Shown here piece after piece: positions 41,976 to 51,654 of a stretch of 64,000 bases of DNA; within the stretch, counting starts at the first letter, position 1; each line of letters opens with the position of its first letter. Location: NCBI GenBank assembly GCA_022841985.1, contig JALHQL010000005.1:4267-68266 (forward strand), written 5' to 3'. Made by a program: the position numbers and the translations under genes. Below the pieces are notes generated by a model, which saw only the letters and a program-made list of their open reading frames with translations, searched no databases and was not told the origin of the DNA. This DNA is from Minisyncoccota bacterium. GTDB lineage: Bacteria > Patescibacteriota > Minisyncoccia > Phycocordibacterales > Phycocordibacteraceae.

Positions 41976-43685
41976 ATGCGCATTCTAGGCTTACTATCGC
42001 AATTCTGGATTTCTTCAGCGGTGCTTCTTGCAGATGGCAAGATTGTTGCTGGTGTTGCGGAAGAACGTTTCAATCGCGAAAAAATGTCGCGCAAATTTCC
42101 CCACAAAGCTATCGATTATTGCCTAAAGGAGGGTGGTATCAACATAGATGATGTCGATTACATCGCAGTCGGGTGGAATCCCGGTGTGCATATACAAAGC
42201 TATAATCGCCGTTTTTCCGAAACCTTTCGTTGGCACGCGGAATTTCTCTACAATATTCCTAATAGCATTCTGCGTCATCGCGAAGATAAACGAGTTCCGT
42301 ACGTAGAGCAGATTTTCAAACACGCTAAGGGTGAGACCAAGATTATCTACGTAACACATCATCTTGCACATGCCTCTAATGGTTTCTATCTTTCACCGTA
42401 CAAAGAGTCCGCAATATTAACCGCAGATGGGCGCGGTGAGGATGAAACGGCTTTCTTCGGTATCGGTAAAAATAATAAGATTACAGCAATAAAAACCGTC
42501 ACTCATCCGCAGTCGCTTGGCAACTTCTATTCTTCCGTGACACAATTTCTCGGTTTTGATCCGCATTCCGATGAATGGAAAGTCATGGCGCTTGCATCTT
42601 ATGGTAGTCGCGACAATGAGTATTACAAAAAATTCAAACAGATATTGAAACTCCTTCCTGACGGCATGTTTGAGCTCGATCTTACTTATTTTGACTATTA
42701 TCTTCACGACAAGCAGCACTATTACTCGCCGAAATTTCTTGAGCTTTTTGGGCAAGCGCGAGAGAAGGATACTCCGACGCTCCAGCAACATAAAGAGATA
42801 GCTGCCGCACTTCAGCAAATAACTGAGGAAACACTCTCTCATATGTTGCATTGGCTTTATAAAAAAACAAAACAAAAAAATCTAGTGGTTAGTGGCGGTC
42901 TGTTCATGAACTCAGTTTTCAATGGAAAAATCACGACACTTTCTCCATTTAAGAATGTGTTTATCTCGTCATGTCCCGACGATAGTGGCATTGCGACTGG
43001 TGCAGCTGCATATGTGTATCACGACATTTTGGGACTGCCACGCATGGAGCCACAGGAGCATAATTACTGGGGTCCAGAGTATAATGACAAAGAGATTAAG
43101 GAGATAGTTGAGAAATATAAATTAAAAGCGACACATGTCCCACATATTGAAAAACATGTGGCTTCACTTATAAACGACGGGAAAATTGTCGGATGGTTCC
43201 AAGGTAAGATGGAGTTCGGTCAGCGCGCGCTTGGGAATCGTTCTATTCTTGCTGATCCTCGTCGTAGTGAAATGAAGGATCTTGTTAATCGCTGTGTCAA
43301 ATATCGCGAAGGATTTCGTCCATTCGCGCCCTCGATATTAGAAGAGAGTGTGGAGAAATATTTCGAGTGCAAGAAAGGTTCAAAAGTTCCCTTTATGGAA
43401 CGAGTGTTTCAGATCCGTAAGGAGAGGCGCGCATTGATTCCCGCGGTTACTCATATTGATGGTAGTGGTCGGTTACAAACCGTAAGTCGCGCAACCAATC
43501 CGCGCTACTATGCACTCATCAAAGAATTCGAAAGATTGTCGGGAATCCCGATTGTTCTCAACACCTCGTTTAACCTTAAGGGAGAGCCAGTCGTGATGAC
43601 GCCGACCGACGCGATCCGTACATTCATGTCTAGTGGTCTTGATGTGCTTGTTCTTGGGTCGTACGTGCTCTCGAAGGATTCCTAG
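41976..43685 (+). CDS. Carbamoyltransferase (NodU/CmcH family)
   Basis: EERFNREK, HHLAHA, DGRGE, EFGQRALGNRSILADP, RPFAP, LNTSFN. Confidence 0.93.
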   Translation: MRILGLLSQFWISSAVLLADGKIVAGVAEERFNREKMSRKFPHKAIDYCLKEGGINIDDVDYIAVGWNPGVHIQSYNRRFSETFRWHAEFLYNIPNSILRHREDKRVPYVEQIFKHAKGETKIIYVTHHLAHASNGFYLSPYKESAILTADGRGEDETAFFGIGKNNKITAIKTVTHPQSLGNFYSSVTQFLGFDPHSDEWKVMALASYGSRDNEYYKKFKQILKLLPDGMFELDLTYFDYYLHDKQHYYSPKFLELFGQAREKDTPTLQQHKEIAAALQQITEETLSHMLHWLYKKTKQKNLVVSGGLFMNSVFNGKITTLSPFKNVFISSCPDDSGIATGAAAYVYHDILGLPRMEPQEHNYWGPEYNDKEIKEIVEKYKLKATHVPHIEKHVASLINDGKIVGWFQGKMEFGQRALGNRSILADPRRSEMKDLVNRCVKYREGFRPFAPSILEESVEKYFECKKGSKVPFMERVFQIRKERRALIPAVTHIDGSGRLQTVSRATNPRYYALIKEFERLSGIPIVLNTSFNLKGEPVVMTPTDAIRTFMSSGLDVLVLGSYVLSKDS

Positions 43686-43713
43686 GGGTTTTGAGATATA
43701 CTGACATAAAAGA

Positions 43714-45483
43714 ATGACATCTTTTTCAAATTTTCGTGTCCTCTTTCGTACTTTCAAGAAGTACAAATGGCATATCATAGCTCTCGTTGTGTTCGGTATC
43801 TTGAGCGCATTGCTTGAGGGTATCGGTATCAACGCTGTTATTCCACTCGTATCATTTTTTACGGGTGGGAATAGCGGTCCGACGGACTTTATCACTCATG
43901 CGATCCAGACGCTTTTTGCCTTTTTCCATATACCCTTTAGTTTCCGGTACCTACTTGGTTTTATTCTAGGGCTTTTCATATTGCGCGCTGTCTCGATGGT
44001 AATATTCGGCTATATACGCGGATGGATAGGAGCTGATTTCCTTGGGAGAGAAAGCGAGGATGTGTTACGAAGAACGCTCGCAGCTGCATGGCCGTTTCTC
44101 TTAAAGCAAAAAATAGGTACGGTACACAATACGTTGGTGCGAGACATTCAAAATACAGGAACGCTCTTAGGCACCATCGCACAGATTGTGCAGTCTTTCA
44201 GTGGTTTTTTGATGTATCTTCTTGTGGCTCTCAATATTTCTTCGACTATAACGCTCTATACTCTCGCTGGCGGGGCAGTGATTCTTTTTGCGGCCCGGCC
44301 GCTCCTTCGTCGTGCGCGAAACATCGGAGAACAAGTCGCGGGGGTGGAAAAAAAGTTTGCTCAATTCCTTAGTGAACACATCATAGGGATGAAATCTATT
44401 AAGGCGGCTGGCGTAGAGCGTGCTGCCCTTGTAGATGGGGTTACACACATACATTTGTTACGCTCGCTTTCGATACGGCAAGCACTGGTGCGTTCTTTCA
44501 GCGCGAGCCTCTTCCAGCCGTTCAGCATTGTGCTTGTTGTAGTGCTTTTCCTGCTGACGTATCACACTCCAAGTTTTAATATTGTTTCCTTTGCGACGAC
44601 ACTGTATCTCATTCAAAAAATATTTACGTATCTTGAGTCTGGTCAGAATGCGCTTCTTAGTATGAGTGAGTTATTGCCCTATGCAGAAAATATCGATACT
44701 TTTAAAAAAAGGCTCTCTGAACATCGTGAGCAAACTACACAGAATGGCAAGTCATTCGTGTTCAATAGATCGCTTACATTCGATCGCGTCGCGTTTGCTT
44801 ATTCCGAGTCGCAGTCAGTATTAGAAGATGTTTCATTTTCGGTTGCCCAGGGGGAAACGGTAGGACTCATTGGTCCGTCAGGGGCAGGCAAGACTTCAAT
44901 TGCTGATATTGTTTTGCGCTTGTTCCGCCCGACGAAAGGCTCTCTGCGTCTAGATGGAATACCATCCGATGAAATTGACATAGAGGGATGGAGGAATCAT
45001 ATAGGCTATGTTGCGCAAGATGTTTTCATATTCAATGACTCTCTAAAAGAGAATATTCGACTGTACCGTGCTGATCTTTCGGAAGAAGATATTGTCGAAG
45101 CCGCAAAGCGGGCAAATATTTATGACTTTATAATGGAATTGCCCGAAGGATTCGAAACAAAAACTGGAGATAGAGGAGTGATGCTCTCGGGTGGTCAGCG
45201 TCAGCGAATTTCACTTGCTCGCGCGCTTGCTGGGAAACCATCTCTTCTTATACTCGATGAGGCAACAAGTGCGCTTGATCACGAGTCAGAAAAACTCATA
45301 CATGAGTCCATACGGGCGCTTCATGGAAAGGTTACCGTGCTTATTATTGCGCACCGTCCATCAACGGTTGCTGAGGCTGATGCTATCTTTGTCTTGAATC
45401 AAGGTCGTATTGTAGAACAGGGAACTCCGCATGAACTGCTTCAAAACCACAACTCCTATTTCTACAGGATGCAGAAACGATAA
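43714..45483 (+). CDS. ABC transporter, fused TMD+NBD (PglK/MsbA-like glycan flippase)
   Basis: N-terminal TMs, GPSGAGKT, LSGGQRQR, ILDEATSALD, IAHR. Confidence 0.9.
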   Translation: MTSFSNFRVLFRTFKKYKWHIIALVVFGILSALLEGIGINAVIPLVSFFTGGNSGPTDFITHAIQTLFAFFHIPFSFRYLLGFILGLFILRAVSMVIFGYIRGWIGADFLGRESEDVLRRTLAAAWPFLLKQKIGTVHNTLVRDIQNTGTLLGTIAQIVQSFSGFLMYLLVALNISSTITLYTLAGGAVILFAARPLLRRARNIGEQVAGVEKKFAQFLSEHIIGMKSIKAAGVERAALVDGVTHIHLLRSLSIRQALVRSFSASLFQPFSIVLVVVLFLLTYHTPSFNIVSFATTLYLIQKIFTYLESGQNALLSMSELLPYAENIDTFKKRLSEHREQTTQNGKSFVFNRSLTFDRVAFAYSESQSVLEDVSFSVAQGETVGLIGPSGAGKTSIADIVLRLFRPTKGSLRLDGIPSDEIDIEGWRNHIGYVAQDVFIFNDSLKENIRLYRADLSEEDIVEAAKRANIYDFIMELPEGFETKTGDRGVMLSGGQRQRISLARALAGKPSLLILDEATSALDHESEKLIHESIRALHGKVTVLIIAHRPSTVAEADAIFVLNQGRIVEQGTPHELLQNHNSYFYRMQKR

Positions 45484-45519
45484 ATAGTAGAAAGAGCATT
45501 ATGTTATAATTGTTTTATT

Positions 45520-47706
45520 ATGGAGAATAACGGTCTTGCGAAACAGGCTGCAAAATGGGTAGCTCTTGGTGCTCTTTTCCTCATTCCGCTTGCGCCGCTG
45601 GTGGTTGCCAATACATTTTTCTTCCCCTTCATCACTGGCAAGGCATTTTACCTACGCATTCTGATAGAAATAGCGGTTGTCGCATGGATGGTGCTCGCGT
45701 TTCTCGATAAAGAATACCGTCCGCGGTTTTCTTGGATTGGCGTAGCGGTCGTCGGATTTGTCGGATGGATGCTCATCGCTGATGCGTTCGCTCCGAATGC
45801 GGCAAAGGCCTTCTGGAGCAACTTCGAGCGTATGGAGGGTTGGATGCTTCTCATTCACCTGTTCGGATTCTTCTTTGCTGCAAGTGCAGTGCTGCGAGTA
45901 GAGAAGAGATGGCGCACATGGTTCCTGGCGTCGCTCGGTGTTTCTGTCGTCATCGTCGGCTATGCTCTTCTGCAGCTTGCGGGTGTATACGCTATTCATC
46001 AGGGCTCCACTCGTATTGATGCTTCGATGGGCAATTCTGCGTATTTGGCAGTTTATTTTCTCTTCAGTGTTTTTATCGCGATCTGGCTGGCGCTCACCGA
46101 GAAGCGTCAATGGCTGAAATGGTCGCTTATCGCGCTTGCGGTACTCGAAGGTACACTCATATTTTTCACGGAGACACGAGGTACCATTATTGGACTGGTA
46201 CTTGCTCTTGCGCTCGCCGCGCTTCTGACTGTTTTTACCGCGAGCAAGAACGCCCGCCGCGTAGCGGCGGGCGTTCTTGCTCTTATTATCATTCTTGCCG
46301 GTATCTTTTATACTGCTCGCAATTCTGATTTCGTTCAAAACAATCACATACTGCAGCGAGTTGCTTCCATTTCGCTCAAGGATGGTGAGACACGTTTCAC
46401 TATTTGGAATATGGCGCTCAAAGGAGTTCTGGAGCGTCCTATCCTCGGTTGGGGGCAGGAGGGTTTCAACTATGTTTTCAATACACACTACAATCCATCG
46501 CTCTATCGGCAGGAGCAATGGTTTGATCGAGCACACAATGCGTTTATTGACTGGCTTACCGCAGGCGGTGTACCGGCATTTCTGCTTTATCTTTCGCTCT
46601 TCTGCTCTGCTCTGATACTGCTCTGGCGGAGTTCAGAGCTCTCTCGTCCGGAACGTATTGCTCTCACTGCAGCACTGGTTGGGTATGCAGTTCACAATCT
46701 TTTTGTCTTCGACAATCTCTATTCCTACATATATTTCTTTGCGCTTCTTGCACTCATCGATTCACAGGTTGCGCGGCCTATCGAACAGTTTGAGCGCATG
46801 CCCGAACTTGAGGCTACAGATGGCGTGACCTACGCACTTCCGATTGCAAGCATTACTCTCATCATGCTCATCTGGTCCATAAACATTACCGGCATACAGG
46901 TAGCATCTAAGCTTATTATCGCCTTATCGCCTTCTCCCGCCGGTCCTTCCGGTAATCTCGCTGCTTTTGAAGATCTTGCTGAGCATCCTGGCTTTGCCGC
47001 ACAAGAAATACGTGAGCAACTCATCACTTTCTCCGGTGCGTTCGTACAGAATGCGCAAGCAACTGATGCCGAGAAGCGGCAGGTGGTTGCGCTTGCCATC
47101 AGCGAAATGCAAAAACAAGTTGCCTCCTATCCGCTTGATGCGCGCAGTCGTCTTCAGCTCGCTTATGCGTTTCGCATAGCCGGGGACAATGCCGCCGCAC
47201 TCAAGGAAATTCAGGAGGCTGCTCGGCTTTCTCCCGGAAAACAATCGATATGGATTGAGTTAGGCGCAACTGCGTGGGATATAGGAGATGTGAAGTTGAC
47301 GCAACGGGCTTTTCATACTGCGTACGCGCTTGGCCCTCAATTTACAGAGCTTGCCGAGTATGCCGCCGCCGGTGATATTGCTGCTGGCGACAATAAAGCA
47401 GCCGATAAAATCCTGTTGGACGTTTACGGTTCTTTGCTCATCGATAGTAATATTCTTGCGGTCGCGTACTACCGTACTAAAGATTGGCCTCGTCTCATTG
47501 CTCTATGGAAACATCGTGCAGAAAAACCCGGCGCGAGTATTGAGACGTGGTTTTCTCTTGCGGCTGCCTACTACACTGCGGGCGAAAAGACGAATGCAAT
47601 TGCGACGATCAAGAAAGCAATTGCACTTCATCCGAATGACTCGAATGCGGCTTCCATTGGTGCTGCAGCCATCGCGGAAATACAAGGGAAGGAGACTGGG
47701 CAATGA
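45520..47706 (+). CDS. O-antigen ligase family protein with C-terminal TPRs (possible protein O-oligosaccharyltransferase)
   Basis: About 12 TMs, TETRG, RPILGWGQEGF, FDRAHN, TPR-like helical C-terminus. Confidence 0.82.
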   Translation: MENNGLAKQAAKWVALGALFLIPLAPLVVANTFFFPFITGKAFYLRILIEIAVVAWMVLAFLDKEYRPRFSWIGVAVVGFVGWMLIADAFAPNAAKAFWSNFERMEGWMLLIHLFGFFFAASAVLRVEKRWRTWFLASLGVSVVIVGYALLQLAGVYAIHQGSTRIDASMGNSAYLAVYFLFSVFIAIWLALTEKRQWLKWSLIALAVLEGTLIFFTETRGTIIGLVLALALAALLTVFTASKNARRVAAGVLALIIILAGIFYTARNSDFVQNNHILQRVASISLKDGETRFTIWNMALKGVLERPILGWGQEGFNYVFNTHYNPSLYRQEQWFDRAHNAFIDWLTAGGVPAFLLYLSLFCSALILLWRSSELSRPERIALTAALVGYAVHNLFVFDNLYSYIYFFALLALIDSQVARPIEQFERMPELEATDGVTYALPIASITLIMLIWSINITGIQVASKLIIALSPSPAGPSGNLAAFEDLAEHPGFAAQEIREQLITFSGAFVQNAQATDAEKRQVVALAISEMQKQVASYPLDARSRLQLAYAFRIAGDNAAALKEIQEAARLSPGKQSIWIELGATAWDIGDVKLTQRAFHTAYALGPQFTELAEYAAAGDIAAGDNKAADKILLDVYGSLLIDSNILAVAYYRTKDWPRLIALWKHRAEKPGASIETWFSLAAAYYTAGEKTNAIATIKKAIALHPNDSNAASIGAAAIAEIQGKETGQ

Positions 47707-48722
47707 AGCTGACAGAACACGTCCCACTTGCATCGTTTACGACCTTTCATATTGGTGGAGAAGCACGCTTTTTTGCAAAAGTCTCCACTGAAAAAGATAT
47801 TGAAGACGCGATTGCTTATGCACACGAGCACACGCTCTCGATCTACCCTTTGGGCGGGGGCAGTAATCTGTTAGTGCCGGATCGTGGTGTCGCTGGAATC
47901 GTGTTAAAGATGTCGATGCGCAATATTGTGTATGAGGATGACGGTGACGAGACGCTACTGATTGCAGATGCAGGCGCTCTGTGGGAAGACGTGATTAACA
48001 TAGCCACCGCTCGCGGCCTCTTCGGCGTTGAGAATCTCGCGGGAATTCCGGGCACGATTGGAGGAGCTGCAGTACAGAATGTTGGCGCCTACGGTGCGGA
48101 ACTCAAAGATGTTTTTGTCTATGCCGACGTTATCAATAGCGCGACTGGATTGTCTCGGCGATTGACGCACACTGAAGCCGCGTTCGGATACCGCACCAGT
48201 TTTTTCAAAGAACATCGCGAATATATCATTACGCGAGTTGCCTTGCGCCTCAAAAAACATTCGATTCCAAATATTGCCTATCCCGATCTTCTTCGTGCGC
48301 AGGTTGCCGGAGCATTGCTTGCGACTCCCGAAGAGATAGCGCGCAGTATCCGCATCATCCGTGCTCAGAAGTTTCCACGCGGTGATACACAAGGAACGGC
48401 AGGTTCCTTTTTTAAGAACCCAGTTATTTCACGAGAACTCGCTGATACGCTTGCAGAGCGTTTTCCTGATATGCCGATGTTTCCCAATAAAAATGGGACG
48501 GTAAAGATATCGCTCGCGTGGCTCCTCGATCATGCGCTCTCGCTTAAAGGGTTTTCAATGGGTCGCGTACGCCTCTATGAAAGGCATGCTCTTGTTATTG
48601 TCGCACGCGAAGGAGCATGTGCTGCGGAGGTCGACGCTCTTTCACAAGAAGTTTCAGAACGCGTGTTTGCTCTGACCGGCATCAGGATCGAACGTGAAGT
48701 AGAAACATTTGGCGGGCAATAA
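47703..48722 (+). CDS. murB: UDP-N-acetylenolpyruvoylglucosamine reductase
   Basis: TTFHIGG, GGGSNLL, IPGTIGGA.VQNVGAYG, AGSFFKNP, HALVIV, EREV. Confidence 0.95.
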   Translation: MKLTEHVPLASFTTFHIGGEARFFAKVSTEKDIEDAIAYAHEHTLSIYPLGGGSNLLVPDRGVAGIVLKMSMRNIVYEDDGDETLLIADAGALWEDVINIATARGLFGVENLAGIPGTIGGAAVQNVGAYGAELKDVFVYADVINSATGLSRRLTHTEAAFGYRTSFFKEHREYIITRVALRLKKHSIPNIAYPDLLRAQVAGALLATPEEIARSIRIIRAQKFPRGDTQGTAGSFFKNPVISRELADTLAERFPDMPMFPNKNGTVKISLAWLLDHALSLKGFSMGRVRLYERHALVIVAREGACAAEVDALSQEVSERVFALTGIRIEREVETFGGQ

Positions 48723-48766
48723 ATAACTTTCACAAAAAATCTACGGAGATTTTTTGTGAAAGTTAT
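48723..48766. repeat. Perfect 20-bp inverted repeat directly after the murB stop (terminator/operator)
   Basis: ATAACTTTCACAAAAAATCT-acgg-AGATTTTTTGTGAAAGTTAT. Confidence 0.85.
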
Positions 48767-48771
48767 CCACA
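48763..48771 (+). promoter_or_regulatory. DnaA-box consensus TTATCCACA
   Basis: Exact 9-mer in intergenic DNA; also present at 55140 and 62381. Confidence 0.55.
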
Positions 48772-48899
48772 TTTCATTTTATTTTCTTACACAAAGTTTT
48801 TTAACGCGCGATACTACTAATAGAAACGTTTGCGCTTGAGAATTTTTTCGTGCGCGGACGGGTCGACTTATTAATCCGCATTCATAATTTGAATTCATT

Positions 48900-48968
48900 A
48901 TGGCAGCAAAAAAGCGTAAGGCAGCAAAGAAGACGAAAAAGCGTAAGGCAGCAAAGAGACGTGGGTAG
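48900..48968 (+). CDS. 22-aa Lys/Arg/Ala-rich basic peptide (histone H1/protamine-like)
   Basis: ATG...TAG reads MAAKKRKAAKKTKKRKAAKRRG, with an internal 27-nt-period repeat, and is followed by a strong terminator. Confidence 0.65.
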   Translation: MAAKKRKAAKKTKKRKAAKRRG

Positions 48969-48997
48969 TCGTTCATCTGCCTGATTCCATTAGGCAG

Positions 48998-49040
48998 AAA
49001 AAGGAAAAGCGGCCGCTATTAGCGGCCGCTTTTCCTTTTT
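48998..49040. terminator. Bidirectional rho-independent terminator
   Basis: AAAAAGGAAAAGCGGCCGCT-att-AGCGGCCGCTTTTCCTTTTT, a perfect 20-bp stem with A/T tails. Confidence 0.88.
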
Positions 49041-49075
49041 GTCTGGCGGAGGACTAAATGCTATACTGCAGCCTA

Positions 49076-51592
49076 ATGTTTGGACTCGAGCGTTTTTTCT
49101 CAAAAAATCAATCCGCGGCCTTTTTAAAGGCTGCCGCGTCGATTGTTCTCGCCACAAATAAGCACTCCGAGGAGCTTATTGTCTTGCCTGATGCTGCGGT
49201 GCGCGAGCGGCTACTTGAGGTGCGCGCTCGCGCACAGGCGGCCGGAGCGACGCCGGAAGTGGACATTCCGCTTGTGTTCGCACTTGTGCGTGAAGCGTCG
49301 CGTCGTACGCTTCGGCAACCGCATTTCGATGTGCAACTTATCGGAGGTCTTGCTCTCCTTCAAGGAAAGATCGCTGAAATGCGCACTGGTGAAGGCAAAA
49401 CGCTTGTCGCTACACTCCCAGCAACCTTTCACGCTCTCGCGGGGAATGGTGTGCAGGTTGTCACGGTTAACGACTATCTTGCTCGTCGTGACGGTGCATG
49501 GATGGGGCAGGTCTACGACTATTTCGGACTGACGGTTGGTGTTGTGACTGGTGCTGGTTCCTATCGGTATGATTCTTCGCACATTGCTCCGAAAGAAGAT
49601 GTCGAACGCGATGTCGAAGGTTCATTCAAGGTGTTTTACGATTACCTACATCCTGTAAGCAAAAAAGAAGCATATGCCGCAGACATTACCTATGTAACCA
49701 ATAACGAATTTGGTTTTGATTATCTGCGTGATAATACCGCCTACGACGCATCGCAGATTGTACAACGGGAGCATTGCTATGCGATCATCGACGAGGTCGA
49801 CTCCATTCTCATTGACGAAGCTCGTACTCCCCTCATCATTTCCGGACCCGCGGGAGATTCACAGATGTTTTATGAACGCTTTGCCGGGATTGTTCGCAGT
49901 ATGAGCGAGGGTGAAGATTATACAGTGGACGAGAAGCAGAAGGCGATTCAGATTACCGAGGCGGGAATGCACAAAGCTGAAGCCGCGCTCGGTCTTGAGA
50001 ATCTCTATACCGAGGGCGGGATAAAACACGCACATCATCTCGAGACGGCGGTGCGAGCAAAGGCGCTCTTTCATAAAGATAAAGAATACGTGGTGCAAGG
50101 AGATGAGATTGTCATTGTGGATGAATTTACCGGAAGGATGCAGCCCGGACGCCGCTGGTCGGAGGGTTTGCATCAGGCCATTGAAGCAAAGGAGGGTGTG
50201 AGAATTCACGAAGAGACGCGCACTTATGCAACAGTGACATTTCAAAATCTATTCCGCATGTACAAGCGCCTCGCTGGCATGACAGGTACCGCCCTTTCCT
50301 CCGAGGAAGAATTTTATACCGTCTACGGACTTGAAGTCGTCGTGGTGCCGACCAACAAACCAGTGAAGCGTAAAGATCATGACGATGCTATTTTCCAGAC
50401 TGTTGCGGGAAAGTATCGCGCTGTCGCGCGCGCTGTCGCGGAGCGGCATAAGCGCGGACAGCCAGTGCTCGTGGGAACGGTCTCTATCGAGGACAATGAG
50501 ATGGTGAGCTCGTATCTCACCAGTGCCGGAGTGCCGCACGAGATGTTGAACGCAAAGAATCACGAACGCGAAGGGGAGATTATCGCCGAAGCAGGCAAGG
50601 AGGGGCGTGTGACGGTGGCGACTAACCTCGCCGGTCGCGGCGTCGACATAAAGCTTGGCGGTGCACTCGCGTCAAGCGACGCACGTGCTGCCATCATCGA
50701 GAAAGGAGGTCTTGCAGTTATCGGCACTGAGCGACATGACGCCCGCCGCATCGACAATCAGTTGCGCGGTCGCGCCGGCCGCCAGGGCGATCCGGGAGAG
50801 ACGCGCTTCTATGTTTCTTTAGAGGATAAGCTCATGCGCGTGTTCGCCTCTGAAACTTTGAAGAAGGTGATGGGTACGTTCGGTATTCCTGAAGATGAAC
50901 CCATTGAAAGCTCGATGATTACTCGCTCACTTGAAACGGCGCAGGAGCGTATTGAGGGATTCAACTTTGATTCGCGCAAGCAGGTACTGGCATATGACGA
51001 CGTGATGAATACCCAGCGTTTGGCTATCTATGCGCGCCGTCGTGCGGCGCTCCAAGGAAGCGATAGTGAGATGGAGAAACTTATCCGAGCATTTCTCGGA
51101 GAGGGCGAAGCGACGACAGCAGTCTTTGATGCGAAGAAGACTGAGCTTGGCGAAGCTTTTATTCCGCATCTGCGCCGCCTCCTTTTGCAGGTTATCGATA
51201 TGTTTTGGTTTGAACATCTTGAAACTATGGATTATTTGCGTCGCTCGGTGTCGCTTCGGGCATATGGACAGAGGGATCCTTTGATTGAGTATCGACGCGA
51301 AGGGCTCATGCGCTTTCGAGAACTTGAAGAAAATATAAGAGTTGCGGTTGTTGAAGCGTTGCCGCGCCTTGCGAGAGCGGAAGATTTTCGGATCAGAGCA
51401 GAAGAGGAAAAAATTCGTGCCGTAGCCCTCGCAGCGGGCAAAGAAGAAGGAAGTGCGTCAATGCCAGTCAAGAAAGTGACTCAGCATAATCGCAATGACT
51501 TCGTTACCATTAAGAAAGGTAGTGCAACGCAGACACTTAAATTTAAAAAAGCGGAGCCACTTTTGGCAGAAGGCTGGGAGCTTGTTCCGTAG
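49076..51592 (+). CDS. secA: Preprotein translocase subunit SecA
   Basis: EMRTGEGKT, VTVNDYLA, DEVDSILIDEARTPLIISG, QLRGRAGRQGDPG; start at 49058 or 49076. Confidence 0.98.
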   Translation: MFGLERFFSKNQSAAFLKAAASIVLATNKHSEELIVLPDAAVRERLLEVRARAQAAGATPEVDIPLVFALVREASRRTLRQPHFDVQLIGGLALLQGKIAEMRTGEGKTLVATLPATFHALAGNGVQVVTVNDYLARRDGAWMGQVYDYFGLTVGVVTGAGSYRYDSSHIAPKEDVERDVEGSFKVFYDYLHPVSKKEAYAADITYVTNNEFGFDYLRDNTAYDASQIVQREHCYAIIDEVDSILIDEARTPLIISGPAGDSQMFYERFAGIVRSMSEGEDYTVDEKQKAIQITEAGMHKAEAALGLENLYTEGGIKHAHHLETAVRAKALFHKDKEYVVQGDEIVIVDEFTGRMQPGRRWSEGLHQAIEAKEGVRIHEETRTYATVTFQNLFRMYKRLAGMTGTALSSEEEFYTVYGLEVVVVPTNKPVKRKDHDDAIFQTVAGKYRAVARAVAERHKRGQPVLVGTVSIEDNEMVSSYLTSAGVPHEMLNAKNHEREGEIIAEAGKEGRVTVATNLAGRGVDIKLGGALASSDARAAIIEKGGLAVIGTERHDARRIDNQLRGRAGRQGDPGETRFYVSLEDKLMRVFASETLKKVMGTFGIPEDEPIESSMITRSLETAQERIEGFNFDSRKQVLAYDDVMNTQRLAIYARRRAALQGSDSEMEKLIRAFLGEGEATTAVFDAKKTELGEAFIPHLRRLLLQVIDMFWFEHLETMDYLRRSVSLRAYGQRDPLIEYRREGLMRFRELEENIRVAVVEALPRLARAEDFRIRAEEEKIRAVALAAGKEEGSASMPVKKVTQHNRNDFVTIKKGSATQTLKFKKAEPLLAEGWELVP

Positions 51593-51654
51593 TTTTGTTG
51601 AGCGGATTTCTTGCACATTGGCTCCGAGTGTTTTCTAGTGTATTGTGCGATTAT

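Noticed and set aside
45652-46536. 294-aa minus-strand ORF and other short overlapping ORFs
   Set aside because: Antisense to well-supported genes, with no recognisable motifs.
48779-48976. 65-aa minus-strand ORF
   Set aside because: Antisense of the basic peptide ORF; its FAALRFF repeats simply mirror the Lys/Ala codons.
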